Assembly (NCBI GenBank): GCA_963734495.1
Contig: CAVTHK010000013.1
Coordinates: 128,001 to 192,000 of the forward strand
Length of the DNA stretch: 64,000 bases
Direction of reading: 5' to 3'
Source of the DNA: an uncultured Spirochaetota bacterium
Lineage (GTDB): Bacteria > Spirochaetota > Spirochaetia > SZUA-6 > CAVTHK01
Below the pieces are notes generated by a model, which had not been told where the DNA came from, ran no database searches, and was given only the letters and a program-made list of their open reading frames with translations. Numbering within the stretch: position 1 is the first letter of the stretch; the number at the start of each line of letters is the position of its first letter. Below, one piece after another: positions 34,062-45,696 of the stretch. The position numbers were made by a program, and so were the translations under genes.

Positions 34062-34973
34062 ATGAACGCCGACATCGCGATCATCGGTGGGACAGGCCTG
34101 GAGGCGATCGGCGGGGCGCGCCTGCTTGACGAGCGGCGGATCACGACGCCGTTCGGTCCGCCGTCCGACGCCGTCGCGCTCTGGGAGATTGCGGCGCCGG
34201 GCGACGCCGCGCGGCCGGGCGCGCGCCGGCTCGTGGCGTTTCTCGCGCGCCACGGCCGCTCGCACGACCTGCTGCCGTCGGAGGTGCCGTCCCGCGCCAA
34301 CATCTGGGCGCTCAAGTCCCTCGGCGTCCGGCAGATTCTCGCCTTCAGCGCGGTGGGCTCGCTCAGGCAGGACTACAGGCCCGGGGACTTCGTCGTGTGC
34401 GACCAGCTGATCGACCAGACGCGCGGCCGGCCCGGCACGTTCTTCGGCGGAGGCGTGGCGGGCCACGTCGCCTTCGCCCAGCCGTACTGCGAGCGCATCC
34501 GCGCGGCGCTCTCGCAGGTGCTCACCGACGCGGGGGCGCCGTTTCATCCGCGGGGGACCATGGTCGTGATGGAGGGCCCGGCATTCTCGACCCGCGCGGA
34601 GAGCCGGCTCCACCGCTCGCTAGGGGCTGACCTCGTCGGCATGACCACACTCCCGGAGGCGCGGCTCGCCCGCGAGGCCGAGATGTGCTACGCGACGGTC
34701 GCGATGGTGACCGACTACGACTCGTGGAACGAGGAGGAAGCCGCGGTCAGCCAGGAGGGGATCGAGCGGATCATGCGGACGAACAGCGAGCGGGCGCGCG
34801 CGCTGATACCTTCGCTCGTGGACGCGGTCGCGGGCTCGGGCGAGTGCCCGTGCTTCACCGCGGCCCGCGGCGCGATCCTCACGGCGGCGTCCGCGATCCC
34901 CGCCGAAGCCAGGCGCAGGCTCGACCTCCTCTACGGCAAGTACTGGAACCCGAGCGAGGAGGCCGGCCGGTGA
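34062..34973 (+). CDS. mtnP: S-methyl-5'-thioadenosine phosphorylase
   Basis: IIGGTG, LARHG, RANIWALK, EGPAFSTRAES, GMT..PEA.LARE, TDYD. Confidence 0.93.
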   Translation: MNADIAIIGGTGLEAIGGARLLDERRITTPFGPPSDAVALWEIAAPGDAARPGARRLVAFLARHGRSHDLLPSEVPSRANIWALKSLGVRQILAFSAVGSLRQDYRPGDFVVCDQLIDQTRGRPGTFFGGGVAGHVAFAQPYCERIRAALSQVLTDAGAPFHPRGTMVVMEGPAFSTRAESRLHRSLGADLVGMTTLPEARLAREAEMCYATVAMVTDYDSWNEEEAAVSQEGIERIMRTNSERARALIPSLVDAVAGSGECPCFTAARGAILTAASAIPAEARRRLDLLYGKYWNPSEEAGR

Positions 34974-35842
34974 TCGCCCGCAGGTTCGGGACGGTCGCCG
35001 TCGTCGGCCGCCCTTCGGCCGGCAAGTCGAGCCTCGTCAACCGCCTCTGCGGAGGCAAAGTCTCCATCGTTTCCAGCGTGCCGCAGACGACCCGCAACCG
35101 GGTGCGCGGGATCGTGACCACCGAGCGGGGCCAGCTCGTCCTCATCGATACTCCTGGCCTCCACGACTCGGAGAAGAAGCTCAACGTTCATCTCAAGGGG
35201 CTGGTCACATCCTCCCTCGGGGAGGTCGACATCGTCCTGTACGTCGTGGACGTCTCGCGCCGGCCGGGCGACGAAGAACGCGTGATCGCCGAGATCGTCG
35301 TCTCGCTGAGCGGGCCCAAGGTCGTGGTCTTGAACAAGACCGATCTCGCCTCGAGTCACCGCTCCGAAGCGGAAGCGTTCCTCTCGGAGCGCGGCCTGCA
35401 GGGGATGCCGGTCTCCGCGCTCACCGGCGACGGCGTCGACGGCTTGCGCGAGCGTCTGCTCGACCTCTCCCCGGAGGGCGACCCCCAGTACCCCGAGGAC
35501 TACTACACCGACCAGGACGTCGAGTTCCGCATCGCCGAGATCATCAGGGAGAAGGCGATCCAGCAGGTCCGCGAAGAGGTCCCGCACGCGCTCTACGTCG
35601 AGATGGCCGACACGGAGATGCAGGGCGAGGCGCTGTGGGTGCGCGCCTTCGTGTGCGTCGAACGGGAGTCGCAGAAGGGCATCCTCATCGGCAAGGGGGC
35701 GAGCCGCATCCGTGCGATACGGCTCGAGGCGGAACGCGAGCTCGCCGACATCTTCCCCTACCCGGTCAAGCTCGACCTTCAGGTCAAGGTCCGCGCGAAC
35801 TGGCGCCATCGCGACGAGCTGCTGCGGCGTCTCATCCAGTAG
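34970..35842 (+). CDS. era: GTPase Era
   Basis: [24 protein letters not shown] domain ([14 protein letters not shown]). Confidence 0.95.
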   Translation: MIARRFGTVAVVGRPSAGKSSLVNRLCGGKVSIVSSVPQTTRNRVRGIVTTERGQLVLIDTPGLHDSEKKLNVHLKGLVTSSLGEVDIVLYVVDVSRRPGDEERVIAEIVVSLSGPKVVVLNKTDLASSHRSEAEAFLSERGLQGMPVSALTGDGVDGLRERLLDLSPEGDPQYPEDYYTDQDVEFRIAEIIREKAIQQVREEVPHALYVEMADTEMQGEALWVRAFVCVERESQKGILIGKGASRIRAIRLEAERELADIFPYPVKLDLQVKVRANWRHRDELLRRLIQ

Positions 35843-35867
35843 ACGGCGGTCTCCGATAGTCTTGGGT

Positions 35868-36488
35868 GTGAAACGGTTGGCCGCCGCCGCGATGATGCTC
35901 TGCGCCCTCAGCCTCCGCGCGGAGGAAGGTCTCGCCTCCTGGTACGCCGGGAAATTCCAGGGTCGAAGGACTGCCAGCGGCGAGATCTTCGACACGCGGC
36001 TGATGACGGCTGCGCACAAGACGCTCGCGTTCGGGACCCTCGTCCGGGTGCGCAACCTGGACAACGGCCGCGAGGTCGTGGTCCGCGTCAACGACCGCGG
36101 CCCCTTCGTCAAGGGAAGGATCATCGATCTTTCCCGAGCGGCGGCCGAGGCGATCGGGATGACGGGCAGCGGCGTGACGCGGGTCAGCGTCGAAGTCGTC
36201 GGCGCGCCCGGGGCGGCCGCCGGCGCTGCGCCAGGCGCCACGCCGGGTGCCGCTTCGGGCGCGTCCGGGCGGTACACGGTTCAGGTGGCGGCGTTCTCGC
36301 AGGCGGGGAATGCTGAGCGGGCTGTGGCGCGCCTCGCAGCCGAGGGCCTGCGGGCCTCCGCGGAGCGGGGGCAGGACGGGATTCACCGCGTGCGCGTCAC
36401 GGGCGTTCCCGCGTCGGACCTCTCGCGGGTGCGCGACGCCGCCGCCCGGGCGGGTTTCCCAGCGGCCCTCGCGGTCCCTGAGTCCTGA
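35868..36488 (+). CDS. rlpA: septal ring lytic transglycosylase RlpA with SPOR domain
   Basis: [43 protein letters not shown] motif. Confidence 0.92.
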   Translation: MKRLAAAAMMLCALSLRAEEGLASWYAGKFQGRRTASGEIFDTRLMTAAHKTLAFGTLVRVRNLDNGREVVVRVNDRGPFVKGRIIDLSRAAAEAIGMTGSGVTRVSVEVVGAPGAAAGAAPGATPGAASGASGRYTVQVAAFSQAGNAERAVARLAAEGLRASAERGQDGIHRVRVTGVPASDLSRVRDAAARAGFPAALAVPES

Positions 36489-36563
36489 CCGCGGCCGTCT
36501 CTTCTCCATCGTCCCCGACCGGTGATACCATCAGCCTTCGATTCCGCACGCAGGAGATGACCC

Positions 36564-37163
36564 ATGGCATTCACACTCGAGCTCGGCAAGAAGGCGCCCG
36601 ATTTCGATCTGCCCGCGACCGACGGCAGGACGTACGACCTCGCAGACTTCGGGGACGCCGACGTCCTCGTCGTGTTCTTTACATGCAACCACTGCCCGTA
36701 CGTCATGGGTTCGGACGAGGTTACGCGCAGGACCGCGGAGAAGTTCCGGCGGAGGGGCGTCGTCTTCGTCGGGATCAACGCAAACGAAACGGACAACCAC
36801 CCGGCGGATGATTTCGCCAACATGAAGAAGCGCATGGCCGAGCAGAAGTTCCCCTGGGTCTACCTCCGCGACGAGGACCAGAGCGCGGCCAGGGCGTACG
36901 GCGCGCTCCGCACGCCGCACTTCTTCGTGCTCGACAAACAGCGCCGACTCGTGTACACGGGCCGCGGCGTGGACAATCCCAAGGACACCGCCCACATGAC
37001 GGTGAACGACCTGCAGAACGCGCTCGAGGACGTCACGTCCATCAGGCCGGTCCGCGTTCCGTTGACGAACCCCCTCGGCTGCAACGTCAAGTGGAAGAAC
37101 CGCGAGGAGCACTGGATGCCCGCTGACGCCTGCGACCTCGTTCCGCGGGCCGCGGCGAAGTAG
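36564..37163 (+). CDS. thioredoxin-like AhpC/TSA family protein
   Basis: APDFDLP, CNHCPYV, YGALRTP, GCNVKW. Confidence 0.9.
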   Translation: MAFTLELGKKAPDFDLPATDGRTYDLADFGDADVLVVFFTCNHCPYVMGSDEVTRRTAEKFRRRGVVFVGINANETDNHPADDFANMKKRMAEQKFPWVYLRDEDQSAARAYGALRTPHFFVLDKQRRLVYTGRGVDNPKDTAHMTVNDLQNALEDVTSIRPVRVPLTNPLGCNVKWKNREEHWMPADACDLVPRAAAK

Positions 37164-37166
37164 GCT

Positions 37167-37761
37167 TCAGCGCCCGAGGTCCGCCAGCAGGGGCGCCATG
37201 CGCGCCGCGGCCCGGCCGCGGTGGGAGATGCGGTCCTTCTCGCCGTCCGCGAGCTGCGCCACGGTCATCTTCCGATCGGGCAGGTAGAACAGCGGGTCGT
37301 AGCCGAAGCCGCCCGAGCCCGCGGGCGCGTGGGCGATCACGCCTTCGAACGGTCTCCTGGACCGCGACAAAGCGATAGTCCGCCATCACCAGCACGAGGC
37401 AGCAGACGAAGAAGGCCCTGCGATCGGTGACGGCGCGCATGCGCTCGAGCAGGTACCGGTTGCGGTCCGCGTCGGCCAGCTTCGGCCCGCCCGGCGACGA
37501 GCCGTAGCGGGCGGAGTAGACGCCGGGCTCGCCGTCGAGCGCGGCGACCGAGAGGCCCGAGTCGTCGGCCATCACCGGGCGGCCCACCCGCCGGAACAGC
37601 GCCATCGCCTTGCCATAAGCGTTGTCGAGGTAGGTGGCGCCGGACTCTTCGTGGTCCAGCGCGATCCCCAGGTCGGCGGGCAGAACGATCTCGTGCGAGC
37701 CGAACAGCCGGCGGAACTCCACGGCCTTGTGACTGTTCTCCGTTGCGAGCACGATCTTCAC
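37167..37761 (-). CDS. rdgB: non-canonical purine NTP pyrophosphatase (frameshift near 37352)
   Basis: LATENSHK, ADDSGL, PGVYSARY, GFGYDP, SHRGRA. Confidence 0.93.
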
Positions 37762-37765
37762 GGCG

Positions 37766-38618
37766 TCAAGCATAGCGGATCGAGTCCGGTCGCGGAAGCC
37801 CGGAGGCGCCGCGGAGGGCCGCGCGCAGGCACGTGTCTACGGTGCCCCGCGGCATCCCCAGCTCGGCGGCGATCCGCCGGTGCGTCGGCTCGAGCGGCAC
37901 CCGCCCGATGAGGCGGCACGCGCGGCGCCAGCCCGCGGCCTCGCGCGCGACCTGCCGGTCCAGCCGCTGCCGCTCCTGCGGGTCCGCGGCAAAGGCGCGC
38001 CGCTCCTGCAGCAGCCGCATGCGGGCGTACGCAGCGTCGCGCCTCGCCCGCAGCCGCTCGAGCCGCCTGAGCCGCGGCGCGAGGGCGCCGCGGAGCGTCG
38101 CCGCGACTCCCGCGAGCCACGCCGCGCTCACGCGCGCCATCTTCGCGGCGCGCTCCAGGCGCGCATCGTCCAGCCGCCAGCAGCTGCGGAGGACCAGCAG
38201 GAGGAAGCGCTTGCGGTCCGCCCGACCGCCGAGCTGCGGCACGAGGGGCAGGGCGCCGGTCTCGCCGCTCCCCGCGACCGCCGGACGCTTCCGGCCACAG
38301 CTCCGGCAGCCGGCCGGCCTGCCACCTGAGCTCCGCCGAGCGCGCCCGCCTGCGATAGCTGCGCATGTTCCAGGCCAGGACCGAGTTGAGGTAGTGCTCA
38401 AAGGGAACGCCCGCATCGCGGTAGCGGTCGATCAGCCGCTCGAGGCGCGGGTACATGAAGAGGAGGAACTCCCCCGGCTCGTCCTCGCTCGCGCCGCGGC
38501 GTCCGCGGGCAAAGCGGTAGGCGCGCTCCGCGAGCTCGGCGAGCACGCGGTCGCGGGCCTGACCGCTGCGGGTGCAGCGGAGCACGTCTTCCTTCAACTT
38601 GTCGTCCCCGTCTTCCAT
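37766..38618 (-). CDS. divergent sigma-70-like protein (frameshift near 38285)
   Basis: Region-2-like LERLIDRYRDAGVPFEHYL..W; C-terminal region-4-like HTH PTHRRIAAELGMPRGTVD. Confidence 0.55.
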
Positions 38619-38846
38619 TTCTTCCTCCTCGACGGGGCACGGGAACTGCAAGGGGCGTGCCTGAAAGCGCGCCTTCGCGGGCCGCCGAGAGCCGCGGGAT
38701 TACGCTCGTTTACGCCGGGTGTCCGCGGCGCGCGGCACTCAGGACGGTGTCGATTCCAGCCTCTCGCGGTGTTCAGAGAGTGTGTCGCTCCGCGGGCGGC
38801 CGCCCGTGGCGTCGGCGGCGCGAGGGCACCACTCCCCCGGAGGGCC

Positions 38847-38898
38847 TTGCCGCGCTGCCCCTCGGCGGCTATAGTGTTACCGATCGTTCGGTCACACT
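38847..38898 (+). promoter_or_regulatory. promoter and TetR-type operator of the efflux operon
   Basis: TTGCCG-N17-TATAGT; overlapping inverted repeat AGTGTTACCGA-TCGT-TCGGTCACACT (38873-38898). Confidence 0.7.
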
Positions 38899-38928
38899 TT
38901 AACAAAAAGGAAAAGGGGGAAAAGGGGG

Positions 38929-40164
38929 ATGCCTCACGTACGCCCGCGGCAGCGGGCTGCACGCAGAGAGCAGATCGTTGCCGGCGCGTTCGAGACCTGG
39001 GGCCGCAGCGTCTTCTACCATACGCGGCTCGACGACGTCGCCGCCAGCCTCCACATGACCAAGCCCGCCCTCTACCGCTATTTCCGCGGCAAGGGCGAGC
39101 TCGTCGAGGCGATGGAAGAGCTGTTCGTCGCGGAGTACGCCGCGATGGGAACGCGCTTCGCCGCCGCGGCGGCCGCGGTCGACCCCGTCGAAGCCGTCGA
39201 CCTGTTCGTCCGCGAGCGCGTCCGTTTTTTCGGAAGGCACCTCCCGTACTACTACTTCATGATCCACCACATGGGGACGCGCCGCGACAGCGCGCTGCTT
39301 CGGGAGCTCGCCGCGCAGCTGGCCGTCCTCGCCTCCGCGATCGCGCGGGTGCCCGGCATTCACGACCCTGACGCGGCCGCGAGCTACATCCGGACGACCT
39401 TCTCCTTCTTTCTCATGAGGCCCGCCCTCAAGGACCACGCCCCGCGCCCGCGCAGGCTGAGCGAGCCGGAGCTGGAAGAGCTCGTGTCGCTCGTGAGCGC
39501 GATCTGCGCCCGGGGCTACGGGGTCGCGGGCGCCGACCTGCGCGAGGCGCGCATGCAGGAGATCGAGACGACCTGCGCCGTGGCTCCCTCGGACCTCCCC
39601 GCGGAGGACCCGATCCTCCGTGCCGTCGCGCAGACCGTGGCGGAGCACGGCTTTGCCGAGGCCTCGGTCGAGCGGATCGCGCGGCGCGCGGGGCTCACCA
39701 AGAGCACGCTCTACTTCCACTTCCGCGACCGCGACGACATGTTCTCGCGCCTCATCGGGCGCCACAACGACAGGCTGCGCGAGATCTTCGTTGCGAGGTC
39801 CGCGCCCTACGCCAGCCCCTGCGAACGCCTCTACGGCTTCCTGGTGGTGCTCGCCTCCTACTTCCGCAACGCGCGGGAAATCCCGGCCGTGATGAACTGG
39901 TTCAGGTACCACGGCTACCAGATCCATGTCAGCCACCCCGACGAGGCGACGCTCGCGGGCTGGTTCGATTTTCTCGCGGACGCGGTGCGCGACGGCGTCC
40001 TCGCGAGCCGCGGGATGCCGGTCGCGCACATCGGCGGGCACCTGAGCTTTGTCGTCGTCAATCACATGATGATGGCCGAGAGGGCCGGGGATGACGCGTG
40101 CATCGCCGACCTCCGCCAGATCTACGATTTGTTCATCCACGGTTACAAAGGAGCGAACCCATGA
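38929..40164 (+). CDS. TetR/AcrR regulator with two tandem TetR units
   Basis: Two HTH motifs: LDDVAASLHMTKPALYRYFRGK and VERIARRAGLTKSTLYFHFRDR. Confidence 0.88.
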   Translation: MPHVRPRQRAARREQIVAGAFETWGRSVFYHTRLDDVAASLHMTKPALYRYFRGKGELVEAMEELFVAEYAAMGTRFAAAAAAVDPVEAVDLFVRERVRFFGRHLPYYYFMIHHMGTRRDSALLRELAAQLAVLASAIARVPGIHDPDAAASYIRTTFSFFLMRPALKDHAPRPRRLSEPELEELVSLVSAICARGYGVAGADLREARMQEIETTCAVAPSDLPAEDPILRAVAQTVAEHGFAEASVERIARRAGLTKSTLYFHFRDRDDMFSRLIGRHNDRLREIFVARSAPYASPCERLYGFLVVLASYFRNAREIPAVMNWFRYHGYQIHVSHPDEATLAGWFDFLADAVRDGVLASRGMPVAHIGGHLSFVVVNHMMMAERAGDDACIADLRQIYDLFIHGYKGANP

Positions 40165-41477
40165 GCATCCGCACACTGGCGGCAGCGGCCGCCCTCCTCG
40201 CCCTGGCTGCCGCCGCTCTCCCCGCGGAGCGCGTGACGGTCGACCGGGCCGTCGAGCTTGCCGTCGCCAACAACCTCGGGCTCGCATCGGAGCGCGTGGG
40301 CCTCGAGGCGAGGAAGCTCGTGCGCGACACGGCCTGGAACCGGTTCATCCCGAACGTCACCGCGGGCACCAGCCTCTTGCGGCGCAACGAGGGAACCGAC
40401 TGGCTGGCGCCCGGCGCCCCGCGCTGGGCCTTCGGGGTGAGCCTGAGCGCGACGCTGCCGCTCAGCATCGCCCTCCGGGACGGCATCGAGGCGACGGTGA
40501 TCGACTACCAGGCCGGGCGCCTGAGCCTCGAGACCGCGGAGAAGCAGATCTCCCGTGACGTGCGCAAGGGCTTCTACAGCCTTCTGCTGATCCAGAAGAA
40601 CATCGAGCTGATGCAGCAGAGCATCGACAACGCCGACAAGCGCTATGCGCAGGCCAAGGCCAACTACCAGGCGGGCCTCGTCCCCGAGTACGACATGCTG
40701 AGCGCGGAGGTCGCGCTCAAGAACCTCCGACCGCCGCTGGAGGACCTGCGCAACTCCTACGAGGCGGCACTGGGGGGGTTTCGCCTGACACTGGGCGTCG
40801 ACCGCAAGGCACCGATCGAGCTCGACGGATCGATCGAGATCGCCCCGTCGACGTTCGACGCGACGAACCTGATCGACACCCGGGTCGCGCACAGGCTGGA
40901 CATCCAGAGCCTCGACCTGGCCCTGGTCGGCCTGCGCAACGGGCGCCAGGCGGCGTTCTACCAGCAGATGACTCCGACCCTCGCGCTGTCGTTCCTCGTC
41001 GATCCCACCTACAACAGGGACCCGTTCAGCGGCGACCTGTCCGGCGGGGAATGGCAGCAGAGGCAGGGCTCGTTCGTCATATCGCTCACGATGCCGCTCG
41101 ACCCGCTCGCTCCCCATTCGGTCACGCGAGTCGGGCTCGCGAAGGTCGACAGCCAGATCAGGCAGACGGAGCTGGCCCGGGAACAGGCGCTGCGGGGCGC
41201 GGCGCTCGAGATCGAAACCCTCGTGCGCAGCCTGGACAAGGACCGGACGTCGGTCGAAACGCTCGAGGGCAACGTCGATCTCGCCGACAGGGCTTTCCGT
41301 CTCGCCCAGGAGGCGTACAACGCCGGCGGCCGCTCCCTGCTCGAAGTCCAGAACGCGGAGCTCGAGCTCAACACGGCTCGCGTCGAAGTCCTCAAGGCCA
41401 AGTACGGCTACATTACCGGCCTGCTCGACCTGGAATACGCGGTGAACATGACCCTGAGAGAGGGAGGACAGAAATGA
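40161..41477 (+). CDS. TolC family outer-membrane efflux protein
   Basis: Signal peptide; AVELAVANN, YQAGLV..DML.AE, YNAG..SLLEV repeats. Confidence 0.9.
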   Translation: MSIRTLAAAAALLALAAAALPAERVTVDRAVELAVANNLGLASERVGLEARKLVRDTAWNRFIPNVTAGTSLLRRNEGTDWLAPGAPRWAFGVSLSATLPLSIALRDGIEATVIDYQAGRLSLETAEKQISRDVRKGFYSLLLIQKNIELMQQSIDNADKRYAQAKANYQAGLVPEYDMLSAEVALKNLRPPLEDLRNSYEAALGGFRLTLGVDRKAPIELDGSIEIAPSTFDATNLIDTRVAHRLDIQSLDLALVGLRNGRQAAFYQQMTPTLALSFLVDPTYNRDPFSGDLSGGEWQQRQGSFVISLTMPLDPLAPHSVTRVGLAKVDSQIRQTELAREQALRGAALEIETLVRSLDKDRTSVETLEGNVDLADRAFRLAQEAYNAGGRSLLEVQNAELELNTARVEVLKAKYGYITGLLDLEYAVNMTLREGGQK

Positions 41478-42442
41478 AGATCACGCTGAAGGCGCCCGTG
41501 CGCCTTTTTGCCGCCGCAGCCCGGATGGCCTCGATCGTTCTGGCGGCCGGCCTGCTCGCGTCCTGCGGGGCTTCGGCCGGGGGCGGCGCCGCAAAGGCGA
41601 CCGCCGCGGCCAAGCCGGCCGAGACCGTGTTCGCCGTCGACACGACGACGGCGACCGCCGGAGAGATCCTCGATTACCTCCTGATCAACGGCGAGGTCGT
41701 CACGCGCACGAGCGTGGACGTGTACCCCGAGACGGCAGGGAAGCTCTCGCGCCTGCCGGTTCGACTGGGCGAGTATGTCGCGAGGGACCAGGTCGTCGCC
41801 GAGGTCGACCCGTCGCGGCCCGGCATGAACTTCGTGCCGAGCCCCGTCAAGAGCCCGATCGCGGGCACGATCATCGCGCTTCCCGTGCAGGAGGGGGCTA
41901 CAGTCACCGCCGCGGTCCCGGTCGCGCGGATCGGCCGGCTCGACGAGCTCGAGGTGCGCTCGCGCGTCGCCGAACGCTTCATCTCGAAGATCCGGCCGGG
42001 CCTCGAGGGCGTGCTGCGCTTCGACGCATACCCGGCGGACCGTTTCCGGGCCGTCGTCGCGGAGCTGAGCCCGGTCGTGGACCCGCAGTCCCGCACCCTC
42101 GACGTGCGCCTGAGGCTCGTGACGCCCGACCGCAGGATCAAGGCCGGCATGTTCGGCTCGGTCAAGATCGTGACCGAGCGCAGACAGGGAATCGTCAAGG
42201 TTCCGTCGGACGTGGTGGTGCAGCGCTTCGGCGTCGCCTACGTCTTCGTGGTCAAGGGCGACGTCGCGGAACGGCGCAAGGTCAACGCGGGCCTTCAGAT
42301 CGACAACGGGGTGGAGATCACCGAAGGGCTCGCCGCCGGAGAAGAGATCGTGCTGCGCGGGCAGACCCTGCTGGAAGACAAGTCAAAGGTCCGCGTCGTC
42401 GACCGCTACCCCGGCCTGCCTGCCGAGCACGTGATCGAGTAG
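41474..42442 (+). CDS. RND efflux periplasmic adaptor (lipoprotein)
   Basis: LASC lipobox; VKSPIAGTI, SPVVDPQSRT, GMFG, GLAAGEEIV. Confidence 0.9.
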   Translation: MKITLKAPVRLFAAAARMASIVLAAGLLASCGASAGGGAAKATAAAKPAETVFAVDTTTATAGEILDYLLINGEVVTRTSVDVYPETAGKLSRLPVRLGEYVARDQVVAEVDPSRPGMNFVPSPVKSPIAGTIIALPVQEGATVTAAVPVARIGRLDELEVRSRVAERFISKIRPGLEGVLRFDAYPADRFRAVVAELSPVVDPQSRTLDVRLRLVTPDRRIKAGMFGSVKIVTERRQGIVKVPSDVVVQRFGVAYVFVVKGDVAERRKVNAGLQIDNGVEITEGLAAGEEIVLRGQTLLEDKSKVRVVDRYPGLPAEHVIE

Positions 42443-42506
42443 CCCTCGGCGCGGGCTCGAGGGAGATGGCCGCGGGACCGCGGCCGCGAAGGCCAAGGAG
42501 ACCCTT

Positions 42507-45500
42507 ATGAGCGTAGTCAAGACGGTCGTCGGCAGGCCGACGACGCTTATCGTGATGTTCGCCCTTCTCGTCGGGCTCGGGTTCTATGCCTCGACCCGCC
42601 TGGCGATCGACCTCTACCCGGAGATCTCGGCGCCCGTGCTCCTGGTGTTCACCAACTACCCGGGCTCGGGTCCCGAAGAGATCGAAAAGACGATCACCCG
42701 GCCGATGGAAGGCGCCCTGAGCAACGTGAGCAACATCGACAAGATCACGTCCGTCTCCTCGGAGGGCACCAGCCAGATCGTGATGCAGTTCGTGTGGGGC
42801 ACGAACATGAACGAGGCGCCCAACGACGTGCGCGACAAGCTCGAATACGTGCGCACCTTGCTGCCGCCCGAGGCGGAGACGCCGCAGATCTTCAAGTTCG
42901 ACCCCGCGATGATTCCCATCCTCTTCCTCACGATCACCGGCAGCCGCTCGCCCGAGGAGCTGCAGCAGATCGGCGAGAACATCGTGCAGCCCCGCATAGA
43001 GCAGGTCGAAGGCGTCGCGCTGGCGAGCGTGTCCGGCGGCCGCACGCGCGCGGTGATGGTCGAGATCCCGCAGAACCGGCTGGAGGCATACGGCCTCACG
43101 CTCTCCCAGGTGGCGCAGATGCTGCGGGCGCAGAACGTGCAGGTGAGCGCGGGGACCGTCGCCGAGGGCAGCCGGAACTTCCTCGTGCGCACCTCCGGCG
43201 AGTACACGAGCATCGAGCAGATCAAGAACACGGTCGTGGCGTACAAAGGCACGGCTCCCGCCCCCGGCAGGCAGGCGGCCGACGGCTCTTCGGTGGTGCT
43301 CCTCCGCGACATCGCGAACGTCTATGACGGATACAAGAAAGAGGAGACGAGCGTCATCATCAACGGCAAGCCGGGCGTCTACGTCGTGATCCAGAAGCAG
43401 AGCGGGACCAACTCCGTTCGCACGGCTGACAACGTGATCAAGCGCATCAAGCGCATCAACGAGGAGGTGCCCGCGGGCGTCGAGGTGTCCGTGATGCAGG
43501 ACACGACCACGATCATCCGCAACTCGCTCGCGGAGGTCTCCTCGAACGCGATCTCGGGCGCGGTGCTGGCGGTCCTCATCCTCTTTATCTTCCTGCGCAG
43601 CCTCCGATCGACCACCATCATCGGGCTCTCGATCCCGATCTCCGTCATCGTCACGCTCATGCTCATGTACTTCTTCCACCTGACGCTGAACGTCATGACG
43701 CTGGCGGGCCTCGCGCTCGGAGTGGGCATGCTCGTCGACAACTCGATCGTCATCCTCGAGAACATCTACCGCTACCGGGAAAAAGGGGCCAAGCTCACGA
43801 CGGCCGCCATCCTCGGCAGCCGGGAGATGATGCTCGCGATTTCCGCTTCGACCGTTACGACGATCTGCGTGTTCGCGCCGCTGGCGCTCTTTCGCGCGGA
43901 GCTGGGCTTCGTGGGAGAGCTGTTCAGCAGCCTCGCATTCACGGTCGTCATTTCGCTCAGCTGCTCGCTCGCGGTGGCCATCTTTCTCGTGCCGGTGCTG
44001 GCGAGCCATTACCTGCCGATCCGCTCGCGAAAGGACGACCCGCTGCACGGCCTTATCGGCCGAATGGACGCGGCCATGGAGCGCTGGTACCGCGGCATGG
44101 AGGACGCGTACAAGAGAGGCCTCGCCTTCGTTCTCCGCCACCGCCTCCTCACCATCCTGGTCGTGCTGGCCGCCTTTGTGGGGACGCTCTTCCTCATCCC
44201 GCTTGCCGGGTTCGAGTTCCTGCCCACCGCGCAGCAGGATTCGGTCGTGCTCAACGTCGAGCTGCCGGCGGGCACGCGGCTGGACATCACACGCGCGATG
44301 CTCGACCAGGTCGAGAACGTCATCCGCAAGGAGATCAAAGGGTACGACAAGATCCTGACCAACGGCCGGAGAGCGCAGCTTTTTCGGCTTCCTCGGCGCG
44401 GCCCTGTCGCACAAGGGCAACATGACGATCACGCTGCCTCCCTACGACAAGAGGATCGACACGCAGCAGGCCGTCGAGGCCAAGCTGCGGAGCCACTTTA
44501 ACGATTTCCCCTCGGTGAAGTTCTCGTTCGCGCAGCACGGCGGGATGGGCGGCGCGCAACCCGTCGACATCCTCGTCAAGACCGACGACCTCGCGAAGGG
44601 CCGCTCCATCGCGAACCGCATCGTCGAGCTGCTCAAGGACCGGGTCCCGGGCGTGACCGAGCCGAAGACCGACTTTTCCGAAGGTCTGCCGCAGGTGGAG
44701 ATCGTCATCGACAGGGCCAAAGCCATGGCCCTGGGGCTGAACATCGCCTCCATCGGCCAGGAGGTGAGGGCCAACATCGACGGCACGGTGGCCACCCGCT
44801 TCCGAAAGGCGGGGAGCGAGTACGACGTCGTGGCGATCCTCGCGCCCGATGACCGCAACGAGATCCCGGACCTGGATCGTGTATTCGTCGTCAACGCGAC
44901 CGGCGACCGGATCCCCGTCGCGAGCTTCGCGACCCTCGAGCGCTCGACGGGCCCGACCAGCATTCGGCGCGAGAACCAGACGCGGACCATTCACGTCACC
45001 GCCGGGACCGTCCCGCGGGCAAAGATCAACGAGATCGAAGCGAAGGTCCGCTCCCTGCTCGCCGCGGAGATCCCCGCGAGCGACGACGTTGTGATCGAGT
45101 ACTCGGGCGACTACCAGCAATTGATGGACTACGGGACCCAGGTCATCTACATCTTCCTGATCGCGATCGTCCTCGTCTTCGGCGTCATGGCCGCCCAGTT
45201 CGAGAGCTTCCTGGACCCGTTCATCATCTTTTTCACCATCCCGATCTCTTCGATCGGCGTGCTGCTCATCCACATCGCCACCAACGACCGGATGAGCCTG
45301 TTCACGGCGGTCGGGCTCGTCGTGCTGGTGGGGGTGGTCGTCAACAACGGCATCGTTCTCGTGGACTACACCAACCTGCTGCGCAAGCGCGGCTACGGGA
45401 TCTTCGAGGCGTGCGTCGAGGCGGGGGGCAACCGGCTGCGGCCGATCCTGATGACGACCCTCACGACCGTGCTCGGCCTGCTGCCCCTCGCCTTTGTCCA

Positions 45501-45696
45501 GGGCGAGGGCTCCAGCATCGTGCAGCCGATCGGCAAGACCATCCTCGGGGGACTCTCGGTGAGCACGTTCCTCACCCTGTTCCTCATCCCGGTCATCTAC
45601 TCGATCTTCAACCAGGCTTCGGACAGGAGACTGGCTCGCGCCGCGGCGCGGCGGGAACGGACCCGCCGCCGCAGGCTCGAGGAGGTCCGCGCATGA
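42507..45696 (+). CDS. RND efflux permease, AcrB family (frameshift near 44370)
   Basis: IDLYPEI, GMLVDNSIVILENI, NNGIVLVD, RLRPILMTT. Confidence 0.93.

Noticed and set aside
42318-44432. Long antisense or alternate-frame ORFs (e.g. 42318-44432, 16595-17962, 25324-26664, 51800-53032, 58865-60271)
   Set aside because: These are shadow ORFs expected from high-GC codon bias opposite well-supported genes, with no protein motifs.
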